From Eledone cirrhosa (lineage: Eukaryota), in the NCBI GenBank assembly GCA_964016885.1, contig OZ024744.1, positions 52,080,001 to 52,144,000 of the forward strand: a DNA stretch of 64,000 nt, in the 5' to 3' direction. The position numbers and the translations under genes were made by a program. How positions within the stretch are numbered: the stretch's first letter is position 1; the number at the start of each line of letters is the position of its first letter. A model generated the notes under the pieces. That model was given only the letters and a program-made list of their open reading frames with translations, did not search any database and was not told the origin of the DNA. This document shows positions 27,327-41,759 of the stretch, piece by piece.

Positions 27327-27361
<35 letters not shown>

Positions 27362-27364
27362 TTT

Positions 27365-27399
<35 letters not shown>

Positions 27400-27523
27400 A
27401 TCTATATAAATATATATATATATATAAAGATGTATGTATATTTATACATGTATGTTTATATATTTATATATGTGTATATGTATGTATATATATATATATG
27501 TATATATTATACACACACACACC

Positions 27524-27578
<55 letters not shown>

Positions 27579-27584
27579 AAATTA

Positions 27585-27773
27585 ATAATAGTTTCTACAT
27601 TTTTGCACAAGGCCAGAAATTATTCCAGTGCATTACTGATACTTCATTTGATAGATCCCGAAAGGATGAAAGACAAAGTTAACCTCGGCGGGATTTGAAC
27701 TCACACCGTAAAGGGACGTAACTATGCTGGAAAGCATGTCAGACCCTCTACATATACTGCTAATTCACCGACC
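27585..27773 (-). mobile_element. tRNA-derived SINE
   Basis: Reverse complement of the same consensus. Confidence 0.88.
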
Positions 27774-27909
27774 TTATAATAAATATAATGATAAGCTGTT
27801 CTCTGCTTCTTAAAGATACCGACAATGAAGAGACACCAAACATAAAATCTCGTAACAGTAGTCGGACACAAATAACTCAACATTACACGCCAGAGAATAT
27901 TAAGAACCC

Positions 27910-28460
27910 AGAGAAGATTACTAATGTAGGCGGGAAGCCGCTAGAATTGGTTGAGGACTTCCTGTATTTGGGAGCAAAGATTGGGAATTTGAAGATGATG
28001 TGGTCGAGAGGAAGAGCAAAGCCTGGGCGGCGTGTCACAGCTTGAGATCGGTGTGGAAGTTGGACCTTCGTAGAGACCTGAAGATCCGCCTCTTCGTTGC
28101 TGTAGTGGAGTCTGTGCTGCTGTACAGGTCTGAGACTTGGACACTGACCAAGAAACTCACTCAGATGGTGGATGGGTGCTACACGAGAAAGCTGAGGATG
28201 GCTCTGAACATTAATCAGTATACACTGAGGATGAAGAACTCAGAGCTGTACGGGAGCCTACCAAAAGTCAGCACGAAAGTGACACAGAAGAGACTGAGGT
28301 TAGCTGGGCATGCTCACCGACATCCAGAGTTGACACTGCACTCAGTGCTGCCGTGGGAGCTCCTGCATGGACACACTGGAAGAGGAAGACCAAGGTTAAC
28401 TTTTACTGATGCCCTAAGGACAGACACTGGTCTCGTTGAGACACAAGTCATGGAAGCGAT
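27910..28460 (+). mobile_element. RTE-like LINE C-terminal fragment
   Basis: VEDFLYLG, KIRLFVAVVESVLLY.SETWTLT, DGCYTRKLR, RLRLAGH and GRGRP. Confidence 0.85.
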
Positions 28461-28610
28461 AATGAGGGACTTGCGTCCAGAAATAGCCGTCGGAACGGCT
28501 TGAGCTCTGCCGTCGGGGACATACATTTTCCTATTACCCACTCTACTACCCTAAGTATTGAGTACTCTGGTGCATTATGGTCCATCTGGTTCCTTACCAC
28601 AACTACTTCG

Positions 28611-28612
<2 letters not shown>
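28460..28612 (+). mobile_element. pLTR-like arm (family Z) ending in (TA)n; copies at 50190-50320 and 52168-52295
   Basis: CCTATTACCCACTCTACTACCCTAAGTATTGAGTAC shared; begins with HHR-like TAATGA-GGGAC TTGC GTCC-AGAAATAGCCGTC. Confidence 0.75.
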
Positions 28613-28644
<32 letters not shown>

Positions 28645-29075
28645 ACATATATGTATATATATGTATACATATATATATATGTATACATATATGTATATAT
28701 ATGCATATATATATATGTGTGTGTACGTATGCATGTATAATTATGTGTGTATGGGTATGTATGTGTAGGTGTGTGTATATATATATGTGTGTATGTGTAT
28801 ATACACGTGCGCGAATGTATAGAGCCTTTTGTCTTTGCGTTTTTGTGTATGTATATATGTGTGTATACCCTCTTTTTTTTCATATGTGTGTGTGTATGTT
28901 TGTGTGTACATATATGAGTGCATATATATATTTGTGTATATGTGTGTGTATGTATTTATGTTCCTGTCCGTATTTCTATGTAGACGCAAATACGCTTATA
29001 TGAGAAAGTATACGTCTACGTACTTTTTAGTATATACGCGTGGTTGAGTGTGTATGTTTACGTTCTGGATATTTA

Positions 29076-29123
<48 letters not shown>

Positions 29124-29313
29124 CCCCCTATTTCCTTTTTGCCCGTTTTTTCAGCCTCACTTTCATATTTCCTAAATTTTGTTTACAAATTCATATTTAA
29201 TAAAAACACCATGTTATTTATTCATTCTGACGACTGAAGACAGCATCTGCCTTGAATATACCTCTGGTAAATGAAATAATTATCCTATGTTGTTTATTAC
29301 ATAACTATATATA

Positions 29314-29372
<59 letters not shown>

Positions 29373-29385
29373 TTATATATATATA

Positions 29386-32300
29386 AAAGGGATAACAAGT
29401 TATCGTTATAGGTAACCCAGTTAGAGGTTGTGAATACTCCGTATTGTGGATAGTTTTAGAGTACGGCGTTGTTTGACTTAACAAGAGGTTTCCTTAGGTA
29501 TATATAAGTTCTCGGGAGTTCCTATGTAAGTTAATCTTGGAGTAATAATAGTGAAAGAGTGAAGAATAACATGGTCAACAGTACAAAAAAGGTTTTATTT
29601 ACAGTATTAACAATTGTTTCATTGATTAAGTTGTCTTAAAATTGTTAATCACTTGAAGTTGTGTCACTCAATTTTATATACGATGTATGCTTAACTAAAT
29701 CATCAAAAAAACTGTTTAAAATTATACACAGCGTTTGCAAATTCAAATTACATCATTAGAAAGAAAGAATAAGAAAAAGAAGAAAATAGAAAAAGGTAGA
29801 GTGAAAAAGAAGAGAAAGAAAGAAAGGAACAAAGAAAGATAGAAAGAAAGAAGAAAAAAGGATAAAGAAAAAGATAAAGAAAAAGAAAATAGAGAGAAAA
29901 AATAAAAGTATTGAAAATAAATGAATAATAATAAATAAGTTATAGCGAAGATGATAAAAAATAAATAAAACAAATTTTATGTGTGCGAAGAAAATGAACA
30001 TAATATGATTGTTGAAAATAGTTGTGGTGTTGGTGGTTAAAATATAAATATGATGGTATTGGTGGTTAAAATAGTTGTGGTGTTGGTGGTTAAAACATAA
30101 ATATGATGGTATTGGTGGTTAAAATAGTTGTGGTGTTGGTGGCTAAAATATAAAGATATGATGGTATAAACATGAAAGTATTAAATATATTCATATATGT
30201 ATTATTTAAATTAATAAATTAATAAATTGGAAGTTTTATTAGAAGTGAAGATAATACGATAGGTTATAATGTAGGAGATGAAATATATTTAGGGAAAGAA
30301 ATTAAAAGATAGAAAATGAAAGAGATAAATTATAATAGGTTATGATGTTGATTCAATGACAGTTAATAACAATAATAATAACAAGGATGATAATGGGTTA
30401 TTATAATAGACTCAGGGGTATAAACTGAATTATGGGTCGAATCAAGTTGGTTTGAAATTATCAAATTTGTTCGCTGTTTTATGTCTACAGAAAATTGACC
30501 GTTCAATTAAGACCATTTAATCAATGAAACAATTCTTAATACTGTAAATAAAACCCTTTTAGTACTTTTGACCCTGTTATTCTTCACTCTTTCACTATTA
30601 TTACTCCAAGATTAACTTACATAGGAACTCCCGAGAACTTATATACTCGCTACCTAATGAAACTTCTTGTTGAGTCAAACAACGCCGTACTCTAAAACTA
30701 TCCACAATACGGAGTATTCACAACCTCTAACTGGATTACCTATAACGATAACTTGTTATCCCTTATACCAAGCTCCCACTGGGCTGAGCAACAACATTAA
30801 CGCACGGCACTAACATAGAAAGACACCACATAAGCATGTCCTTTAAAAACTTACCTATTCCTACAAACAGGGAATATACACTCGGTATGATACAAAGAAT
30901 TAATGACTTTATCCGTCGAATCCGTTGGAAAGCATATCATTACGATAAAGGACATACTAGTAATAATTGTGGTAGTAATAGTATTGATAGGGATGATGAA
31001 TTTACCAGTGAAAAATATGGGTTCAAATCCTGCAAAAATCCACCGAACAACCTCCAACTTGATGCCTTCGAACTTGACCTCATGAACATGATAAACGGAA
31101 TCAAATAAAAAAAAACGGACGCATTACAACAAACTGCGAAATAACATCAATAGACTACTAAAAAAATTGCGTAACACCAACGGTATTATAGTAAAAGCAG
31201 ACAAAACAGCAAACGTATACATACAATAACTTTATACGCCGGGAATTACACAAAATATACAAAATATACACTCAATAGCATTAATAAGGAAGGACTTAAC
31301 ATAGTAAAAAGACTCAAAATATCTGATAGAAACGAGCCTATGACCCCTTGTAAACCCACTTTTAATCTGAAAGATCATAAATGCAACTTCGAAACTGACC
31401 CTACTATTAGATTAATATGCCCATCAAAGTCGGATATAGGTAGAATTAGCAAATATATACTAGATAGAATAATACCACAAATTAAAGAACAACTAATAAT
31501 CAAGCTCTGGGGTAACACAATTGAAGCAATAGATTGGTTTAATAAATTAGACAATAGAGAATCTTCCGACTTTATACAATTTGACATAAATTACTACTAC
31601 TCCTCTATTTCCCCAGTAACCCTAAATAAGGCAGTAAACTTTGCACAAAAACATTCTGACCTGTCACCAGAGGAAATTAAAATAATACTAGCTACTAGAA
31701 GAACAATCATTAGGTTCGATAATAGTTACTGGGAAAGAAAAAATAGACCAAATAACTTTCATATAACTATGGGATCTAACGACTCAGTTCAAGTAACAGA
31801 CATAGTCGGAATTTATATAGCACATATCTTACATAAGGAATTTGGTAACCTCCAGGGAGGAATTTATAGAGACGATACATTACTTTTAGCTCAAAACTTG
31901 GAAGGATTACGTAAAAAGATTATAACCTTCAAAAAATTAGGCCTAAACATCACTTTCGAACTCAACTCTAAAAAAGATAACTTCTTAGATGTATCATTCA
32001 ACATAAACACAGGATAATAGAGACCTTCCATAAAAATAACGAAAATCTAGCTTACATTAGTTATAACCCTCGCTCCATAATTAACTCTATAGAACATAGT
32101 ATATCCCTTAGAATTTCACGCTTATCTTCTAACCTAGAGATTTTTAATGAACACGCTAACTACTAAAACATAGCTTTACTTAAAGCAGGCCACAAAGAGA
32201 GACTCAAATACATACCAGATACAAACTACAACAACACACTTAACAGCAATAACAACACCCACACCTATAGAAATAACAAATATAGGACTATACATAGAAA

Positions 32301-34108
32301 TAGGCAACGAGCACCAGAAATAATTGAACCGAATGCTAATATAAGGATCCGTAAGAACTATAGAAGATCCAGAGATAGAAAATACTAATGGCTCAATCCA
32401 ATATTTAACTCATCTATAAAAATCAAATTACCTTCTACATTCTTTAAATTAATTGAAAAACACTTCCCTAAGCTTCACAAATACCATACAATCTTTAATA
32501 GAAATACTATCACACTATCTTATTCTACTGCAACCAACATAGAATCACACATACAGAAAATTAACTATAAAAGAATCTCTAATACAAATAGCCTCCAAAC
32601 AATCACCATAACACCAAATACAAAACACATACACATAACAACATCACAACCAGACACATGTCAGAACACATCACAACAATACATCAACAAACCCAAATCT
32701 CAGCCCATACATAACAACATACAAAACCGCATCGCTGAACCGGCACATAGGAAGGTCTCAAAATATAACACTTTCTTACCGGATAATTAGCCACTACAAA
32801 ATAGATGCCTTGAATCTAATATAGTGTACCTATGTACTATAAATTCAGGCAACTTAGCATGGCACTACATAGGTTCTACGGCGGGGGAGTTAAAAAAACG
32901 TTGGTATGTCCACAGACATTCTATACAAAACTGTAAACTAATGAATCCAACAACGCTCGCCAATAAAATCTGGCAGCTCAAAGATATAAATCAAGAATAC
33001 AGGATTAACTGGTCTAAATTGTCAGGAGCAATGGCATACTAAATTGGTATGTGCCATTGTAAACTGTGTAATATGGAATTATTCCATATTTTAAAATATG
33101 ACAAAATGCTGCTTAACAGCAAAATTGAACGGTCAATATTAATCTATCTTTGGCGAAATATTATTTTAGGTGGTAGCATTCCTGCGACAATTCCTTCTCT
33201 TTAGACATTAAAAAACGTTATACACGACACAAAAAGTACATTAATAGAAATTTCAAACCAACTTGATTCGACCCAACAATTCCATAATTCAAATTATACC
33301 CCCTGTGTCTATTATAAAAACCCATTATCATCATTGTTATTATTATTGTTATTAACTGTCATTGAATCAACATCATAACCTATTATAATTTATCTCTTTC
33401 ATTTTCTATCTTTTAATTTCTTTCCCTAAATATATTTCATCTCCTACCGTATTATCTTCACTTCTAATATAACTTCCAACTTATTAATTTATTAATTTAA
33501 ATAATACATATATGAATATTTTTAATACTTTCATGTTTATACCATCATATCTTTATATTTTAGCCACCAACACCACAACTATTTTAACCACCAATACCAT
33601 CATATTTATATTTTAACCACCAACACCACAACTATTTTAACCACCAATACCATCATATTTATATTTTAACCACCAACATCACAACTATTTTCAACAATCA
33701 TATTATGTTCATTTTCTTCGCACACATAAACATTTTTTAATTTATTTTTTATCATCTTCGCTATAACTTATTTATTATTATTCATTTATTATCACTACTT
33801 ATATTTTTTCTCTCTATTTTCTTTTTCTTTTTCTTTATCTTTATCTTTATTCTTTTTTTCTTCTTTCTTTCCTTCTTTCTTTTTTCTTCTCTCTATCTTT
33901 TTCTTTTTTCTTCTTTTATTATTCTTTCTTTCTTAATGATGTAATTTGAATTTGCAAACGCTGTGTATAATTTTAAACAGTTTTTCGATGATTTAGTTAA
34001 GTATACATCGTATTTAAAATTGAGTGACACAACTTCAAGTGATTAACTTAACCAATGAAACAATTGTTAATACTGTAAATAAAACCTTTTTTGTGCTGTT
34101 GACCATGT
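29386..34108 (+). mobile_element. Penelope-like element 3 (Naiad-like), full length but degenerate: inverted 1.1-kb 3' copy, direct pLTR, ORF, 3'UTR
   Basis: ORF from 30836 MSFKNLPIP..FIRRIRWKA, KADKT, KDHK, FIQFDI, GIYRDD, YIGST; 29388-29640 is inverted at 30505-30763; 29560-30460 is inverted at 33250-34108; (TA)n on both sides. Confidence 0.92.
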
Positions 34109-34122
34109 TATTCTTCACTCTT

Positions 34123-34177
<55 letters not shown>

Positions 34178-34784
34178 CTATTGGTGCTCTGAAATAGCGA
34201 TATATACATGAATATATGTATAGTGTATTTGGCAATATACCGTATGTTTAATTAAAAACATTTAGAAGACAATTCGCTATGAGTTATAAAGTAGTGACTA
34301 TGTCACTTACTCATATATATATATATTGTTTTTTGCAAATGCTGGGAGAATGGCTGACAACTGTTCCTCGCTGCTTGGCGTTTATCAAAGCCAAGCACTC
34401 ACCTGCTTTAGTCGAACATTATATAAAATATCATATATATATATATTATATGCATATATATATATCCCTGAAACCGATGCTACAGCCTGGCCGTAGTCTA
34501 TTAATTGAAACCACCACAAGAAAAAAAAAAAATAACAGAACATTATTTTTAGGGGAAATAAAACTTCTCTTCTCACAGTAGATTTTTGTTATTGATATAT
34601 TTTCAGGATAATTTCCTACAGAAATTATACTTAAATAAGCAGCAACGATTCCTAATCTCCCTAGTAAAGTGCTGTGTTGTTACTACTAATTACTGCTAAT
34701 TACAATAACTAATTAACTTTTGCTTCCAGTAAATTACTAACTTTTAATTAAACATTCCTAAAACTGTATAAATATGACAGGAAG

Positions 34785-37700
34785 GGCGGTAGAATGGCTA
34801 TAATGTTAGAGCGGCGGGAAAAACGCTGTAGAGTATTTAGTTAACGCTCTTTACAATCAGAGTTCAAATCCCGCAACGGCAAACTTTATATTTCATTGTT
34901 CCAGCATCGATAAAATAAAGTACCAGTTACGTACTGAGGACAATATAATCGATTAACTAACCCATTGACAACATTTCTGAACTTGTCTCTATAATAGAAA
35001 CAATTAGTTTAAGATTTGTGCAAATAGTGGAACCGGTAAAGCGTTAGACATAATGCTTTTCACCCTGAGTTCAAATCCCGCTGAGGACAATTTTGCGTTT
35101 CATCGTTCCGGAGACGATATGATACCACCAATGCATTTTGTCCAATGGTCTAAAAATCAGCAGCTAGCAGTCGCAATTGAGTGTGAATTAATAATTTTGT
35201 CCCCATGATTTCGCTAAGGGATTTTGGCATCGTTTTAATCGTAAGCAAACACTGACAAACTCTAACTTCTCTTTCCCTTGGCCCTATGGAATATACAGGA
35301 TATGTCAGCAGGAATGTGAAATAACTACACAATCACCGAACTAGTATGTTTTTATTGGCCCCGGGAGGATGGAAGGGAAACTTGACCTCGGCGGAATTTG
35401 GACATAAAAAGTAAAGAGCCATAACTACACCCGTAATACATTTTGACCGATGCACAAATAACTAATCCACCGCCATTATCTCTGCTACAAATAAACGTTG
35501 AAATTAAACTCACTCAAGGAAAGCTTCTAGAAATTAGCATAAATGTAGTCAGAGTATATCAAAACGTTTGTCCAGTAGAGTGTTATGTATTTGCAAATCT
35601 CACCAAAGATAATGATTTCTAGTAAAAGCACAAAGCCAGCAACTTCCGGAGAGGAAAGTCGATTAAGTCAACCTCAATTCATTACTGGTACTTTATTTTA
35701 TTGACCCCGTAACGATGAAAGGAAAAGCTAATCCTGGTGAGATTTGAACTCATAACGTAAATGGTCATAACTCTATGCTACAAAGTATGGTGTCCGACGC
35801 TCTACCGATTCTGTCAATCCACCGCCCTTTTTCACCAAAGGTAATGATAAGTGAATGGTCTTCCATCAGATTCGAGGAGGAGTGCTCCTGTTATTTAGTC
35901 AATGGAACGACTGACTCATTAAATCAACGTGTAAGGAACTGAGTATTTGCCAGACACAGGTAATTCTGATACAATTCTAGGAGAGATACAGTGTATAATA
36001 TGACTGGATATTTGAATTCCAGGTGCAGTCTACCTGAACAGCCCCCAAACAGATACCGTCTCTGCTATCTTGCATAGACCCTAATCGAATCTAACATCTT
36101 TTGCTTGTTAAGCGAACCTCTTCACTCGACTGCATTTCTCTCCATGCTTACATGATTGCTTATTTAGGCACATAGTCAACCACTTTGAGGGAGAAGAAAG
36201 TCGCTTAAATCGACCCCAGTGCGTTACTGGTACTTTATTTTATGAAACCTCGTAAGGATCAAAGGTAGAGCTAACCTAGGCAGGATTTTAAATCAGAACA
36301 TAATATGGAGTCCGACGTAGTTTATGTTTTTGATTTTCCACGGCGAAACAAAGAAATGAAATAGCATAATGATTATGTTGAGTTGGTCTAATACAGTGTT
36401 TCTCAACATTTTTTGCCAACGGCATACATTGGAACACATGAAAAAATAGCAGCACACCTGGCTAAATATATATGAACAATATTTGAATTTTACAAAATAA
36501 AAACATGGCAAGTCATAGACGGCATACAACCGTAGACACAGACTAAGAAGACCTCGGTATACTTAGGAACATCTCGCGGCACACTGGTTGAGAAACACTG
36601 GTCTAATACATTATAGGGAGGAGGGGTATGAACACTGCGTTAACCAGGAAAACGTTTTGAGAATTTCGTTAATAATATGACTTTTACCTAAATGAATTTC
36701 CCAACAGAACCACGCCAAAAACATTGTTATACTTTGAGAATAACAACCAGAAAGAAATGTTAATATTTAGATAAGAATAGATACCGAATCATGTATGTAT
36801 ACTATGTATATAATAAAGTACTTCAAAAATTTGAACTTTGCACTCAGATTACTTGGGTATCAGCGCCCCAGCAGATCGTAGGCTTCGAACCGCTGGTGTA
36901 GATGTGCAATATTATCCTGGTCATTATATTGCTTACTCCAGATCATATTTAAGAATCTACGCGTATTTAAAAAAAAATTTTTTTGCCAGTCTTGGCATTG
37001 GCAAACTGTCAACCTGAAATCATATGACAAATGGTTTAAAGCTGACATAATATATTTCTCTCGTACAAAATGTAACAGGTTTTTATATAGGCACGGCCAT
37101 TCGCTCCTTACATAAATGCTTTAGAGAACAAATGAATATGCTAGTATCATTTCATTAAAAAAAAAAACTATAAAAATATATAAAAAAGAAAGAACATTTC
37201 GACAGCTGTCAGAGTAGAGAAAGTTATGGTTTTCATTGAAGGCCTTCGATTGAAACCTCGCTAAGTTATGTATTCAAGGAGTAATAATACATGATAGGTT
37301 CAACTGTAGTTGAATAATTACCAGGAGCACCTCAGTTGTTACCAACATGATATAAATATTGGCAGGCGACACCAGCTATTGCTAGACACGTGTCTCTTCA
37401 AATGTAGTAACTACTTGTGGAGGTTCTTGGTGATTTACTTAACTGAAATTGCTTTTATTTAAAGATTATTGGTGGTAGTATGGTCCTGTAACTCTTGATG
37501 GAGTCGTAGGGGCATACGACGATTCTTAAAACATTTTAAAACATGGCGGAGACCATCCCCTCTCTACGTCTGAGTACATCAGATTTTTTTCCAGAGAAAG
37601 ATAGAGAGAGGGAGACAGAGGGAGACAGAGGGAGATAGGGAGAGAGAGGGTGGGGAGAATTGACCCAAGTAATAGTCAGGTACTTTGTTTATCGATCTCG

Positions 37701-38000
37701 AAAAGGTGAACGCAAAGATTTGAACGGCGTGATTTGAACTCAGAAAGCCGAAACGAATAACGCAAAATATTCTAACCGACATTCTAACGACTCAGCCAAG
37801 TCGCCGCCTTGTGAAGATTATTATGTCTCTTTAAAGACGAAAGATTAATTTCTAATTTAGGCACAAGTCTAGTAAATTTAGAGGAGGGGCAAATTTTTTA
37901 AAGTCAACCGCTAAGTATATCAACGGTACTTTATTTTATTGACACTGGGAGAGTGAAAGTTAAAGTTTAGATCAACAGGATTTGAAATCAGACTTCAGTG
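34785..38000. mobile_element. Cluster of about 7 diverged tRNA-SINE copies (34785+, 35025+, 35340-, 35613-, 36157-, 37660-, 37845-)
   Basis: Repeated GAGTTCAAATCCCG / GATTTGAACTCA and ACTGGTACTTTATTTT; TSD TCACCAAAG(A/G)TAATGAT at 35600 and 35832. Confidence 0.8.
36394..36600. mobile_element. 207-bp hAT (Charlie-like) MITE
   Basis: Perfect 14-bp TIR CAGTGTTTCTCAAC / GTTGAGAAACACTG; 8-bp TSD GTCTAATA. Confidence 0.95.
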
Positions 38001-38222
38001 AAAAACGATGTATGAAAATTTATTGTTTCTGTTTCTTTATTCAATGTATAGTCTTTAAATCGTAACCGCAAATAATTTGATTTATATGAATATTTGGTGA
38101 GCACATTTCGGGAAAAAATACCTCCTTACGACAAAATATGGCGTACTCTAGGGTTTGACTTCTATTATGACTTCTCATAACTCAGTAACTTGTAGACATT
38201 CGTTTGCTTTTGTGTGAGAGTA

Positions 38223-38295
<73 letters not shown>

Positions 38296-38408
38296 ATAAT
38301 TTGCCTGGTATAAACAGTATTTAGAATAGAATGTCACAATAGCGATTTTAAGACGCAATCGATTACGTACTAGATAATAAAACGTATGTTAATGCTTGGA
38401 ATAAAACG

Positions 38409-38457
<49 letters not shown>

Positions 38458-38458
<1 letters not shown>

Positions 38459-41162
38459 CGACAGAATGAAGATTAACACGGATAAGCTACATTGTAGGGT
38501 TTTATTCCAAGCATTAACATGTTTCATTGTCCAGTATGTAATCGATTGCGTCTTAAATCTATAATGTTATTGTGAAATTATACTTTAAATACTGTTTATA
38601 CCAGGCAAATTATCAAAACACTGATTTTAGATTCAGCTGTACAACGTTTTTAAACTAAGTATTATAAGCATAAAGATTTTAAAAAAATGATAATTTCGAG
38701 ACAAACCCTACAATTCGACTGATATGCCCACCAATTCTGACATAGGTAGAATTAGCAAACATATACTAGCTAGAGTAATGGCGCAAGTCAAAGATAAACT
38801 AAATATAAAGCTATGGTGTAGCACTAGAGAGACAATCGACTGATTTAATAAAAGAGACAATAGGGAAGCCTCCAAATTCATGCAATTCGATATTGATGAT
38901 TCCTATTCATCAATATCCCCAGTCATCCTAAATAAGGCAGTAGCATTCTCCAAGAAAAATTCAGATCTTACCATGGATGAAATTATGATAGTAATAGCTG
39001 ATAGGAGAACGATCATTAAATTCGAAAACCAACCCTGGGAACGACAGGATAGACAAAATAGCTTTGATATAACTATTAGATCTAGCGACTCTGCACAAGT
39101 CACAGAATAGTCGGAATATATATGGCTCATAATATCCATAATGAATTCGATAACCCCAAGGAGGAATTTATAGAGACGAGATGATGCACTTCTACTATCT
39201 AAAAACATAAATAACCAGAACCTGGAAAGGTTACGGAAGAACATTAGGATCTTCTTCAGTAGACTAGGAATCGAAATTACATTCGAACATAACAAAACAT
39301 AACAAAAGAGGCGCTCGAATGCATCTATGATAACGACCATAACAATCATGCACATAACGATAACTATGATGCCCGCTACAATAGGAATAACAGACATAGG
39401 ACTAGATGTAGAAATAAACAGCATATACAGGGAATACTCGAGCAAAATAAGAACATAGGAACTTCTAAAACCTCTACGAAAATCTAGGAAAAAACAATAT
39501 TTATGGTTTAATCTAGTCTTCAATTACGCAATCAATACCAATCGACCCTTTATTTTCTTTAATCTAACAGATAAACACTTCCCAAAGTCACATAAATGCC
39601 ACAAAATTCTCAATAAGAAAACTATTAAATTATCATACTCTACAGCAGCAAATATAGAAACATACATAAAGAAACTCAACTAAAAAATAATCTCTAAAAA
39701 TATTGGTCCACACACCACCAACACATCTAATATCAAACACAACACCGTAACTACATCACAACCAGCCAGTTGACACTTTACAACGCACCAACACAACGTA
39801 AACAGACCAACATCCCAGCCTGATTCAAGCCATACACCAGACTACAGCATAGAGCCACCACACAGGAAAGCCACTAAATGTAATTGCCCCATACTAGATA
39901 AATAACCACTGCAGAACAAATGCCTTGAATCTAATTTAGTTTATCTATGCACCATATCATTGGGTGACCAAGTATGGTACTACATAAGTTTTCAGCAAAA
40001 AAAGAAACTCTATGTGCATAGGTTCTCGATTAAAAACCACAAACTCAAAAACACAACGACCCTGGCCAATATAGTCTGGCAGTTTGTGGATAGTTTGGTC
40101 TAAATTATCTAATGCCAGAGCTTACACACACGGGATGTCCCAATGCAAATTATGTAATATGGAATTACTCCATATTTTACAATACAGCAACAGATTATTA
40201 AATTACAAAATAGAACGCAGGATATATTGTCGACACAAACACGCCAGCACATCCATGAACTACAAACAAACATAGATGGGATTCGAACCAATACCCTAAC
40301 TGGTTATATAAACATTATAATTAGGTACCACTAGATATTCAAACATATCTCTCTTGTCACCGTAAAAGGGCACCATGTTACACATTTATCATACTTTATC
40401 CTGCAAACATAGCGATTTATCTGCCACTAATCGCAATAGAACTATTAAACCAGGAATATTCAAAATACGAAAGAAATCAATTGCACCCACCAATCAACGG
40501 CATCAAAGGACGAACTCTTAATCAATCAGATGTAAGAGAAGCTGACAATCTAAACACACACCTACATTGAATACGAGATCTTTCTCAGTATATCACCCTC
40601 TACTCTACTCTTCTCCTCACATATGGTATAAGTTATTTATTATTATTTTTATTTTATAACATACATTTTATACACCATTCTTCACTTTTATAATCATATT
40701 ATTTCATCTTTTATTACCCATAAGATATGTAAATCCCTAACTTAATTTTTTTTTCATCTTGATGTTTATAATACTTAGTATAAAAACGTTGTACAGCTGA
40801 ATCCAAAATCAGTGTTTTGATAATTTTCCTGGCATAAACAGTATTTAAAATCTAATTTCACAATAACATTGTAGATAGCGATTTTAAGACGCAATCGATT
40901 ACCTACAGGACAATGAAACATATGTTAATACCTGGAATAAATCCTACTGTATAGCTTATCCGTGTTAATCTTCATTCATTCGTTATTAATACTCGAGGAA
41001 CTGCTTACCTAGGAACTGTCCGAAATCAACCATCCGTACGCCACAATTAAGTAAACGTCTTGTTGAGTCAACTAACGCCGCACGTTAAAATCCTCCATGG
41101 TACAGATTACTCGTAACCTCTCCTTGGATTGGATAATCTTAAACGATACCTCGTTTACTCCG

Positions 41163-41165
<3 letters not shown>
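38458..41165 (+). mobile_element. Penelope-like element 4 (Naiad-like, related to PLE 3), 5'-truncated, internally deleted, with inverted pLTR at 38458-38675
   Basis: MQFDID, SSDSAQV, IYRD, KCNC, CKLC and CRH; 38458-38675 is the reverse complement of 40757-40984; an extra pLTR fragment at 38293-38410 lies between TA runs. Confidence 0.9.
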
Positions 41166-41232
<67 letters not shown>

Positions 41233-41460
41233 AAAGTAAATAACAACAACAAGCAGTACAGTTACGGAAGGTGTTAGGTATTAGGTTATATATAATTTTG
41301 ATAACTTTGATAGGTTTTGGCTAGTATTGGCCAAGGCCATGTCTAACTTAATAGCACCACCTGGCGAAGTCTTTCAAATCAGGATTTGGACACCATGGCC
41401 CACTCAAGAAGGGAATTATTGGTTACGGAGACATATCCGGGTGAAGGAGGTTTATCCGGG

Positions 41461-41494
<34 letters not shown>

Positions 41495-41759
41495 TATTGT
41501 AAAAATAATTTTAAAAAAGAGAAAAGATATGATATACAGTAGATATGTGAAAGTTTGTGTATTTGAATATATATACCTATATATATATATATGTGTGTGT
41601 GAGTGTGTGTGCGTGGTGTGTGTATGTGTGTGTGTGTGTATGTGTGTATTGAGTTGAACACGGTATCTAATGAATATTGTATGTATTCAGTGATTGAGTG
41701 GCAGACATCGACATTGTCAGTTGAGAGCGGACTACGCCCAGATATACCGGATACATCAA

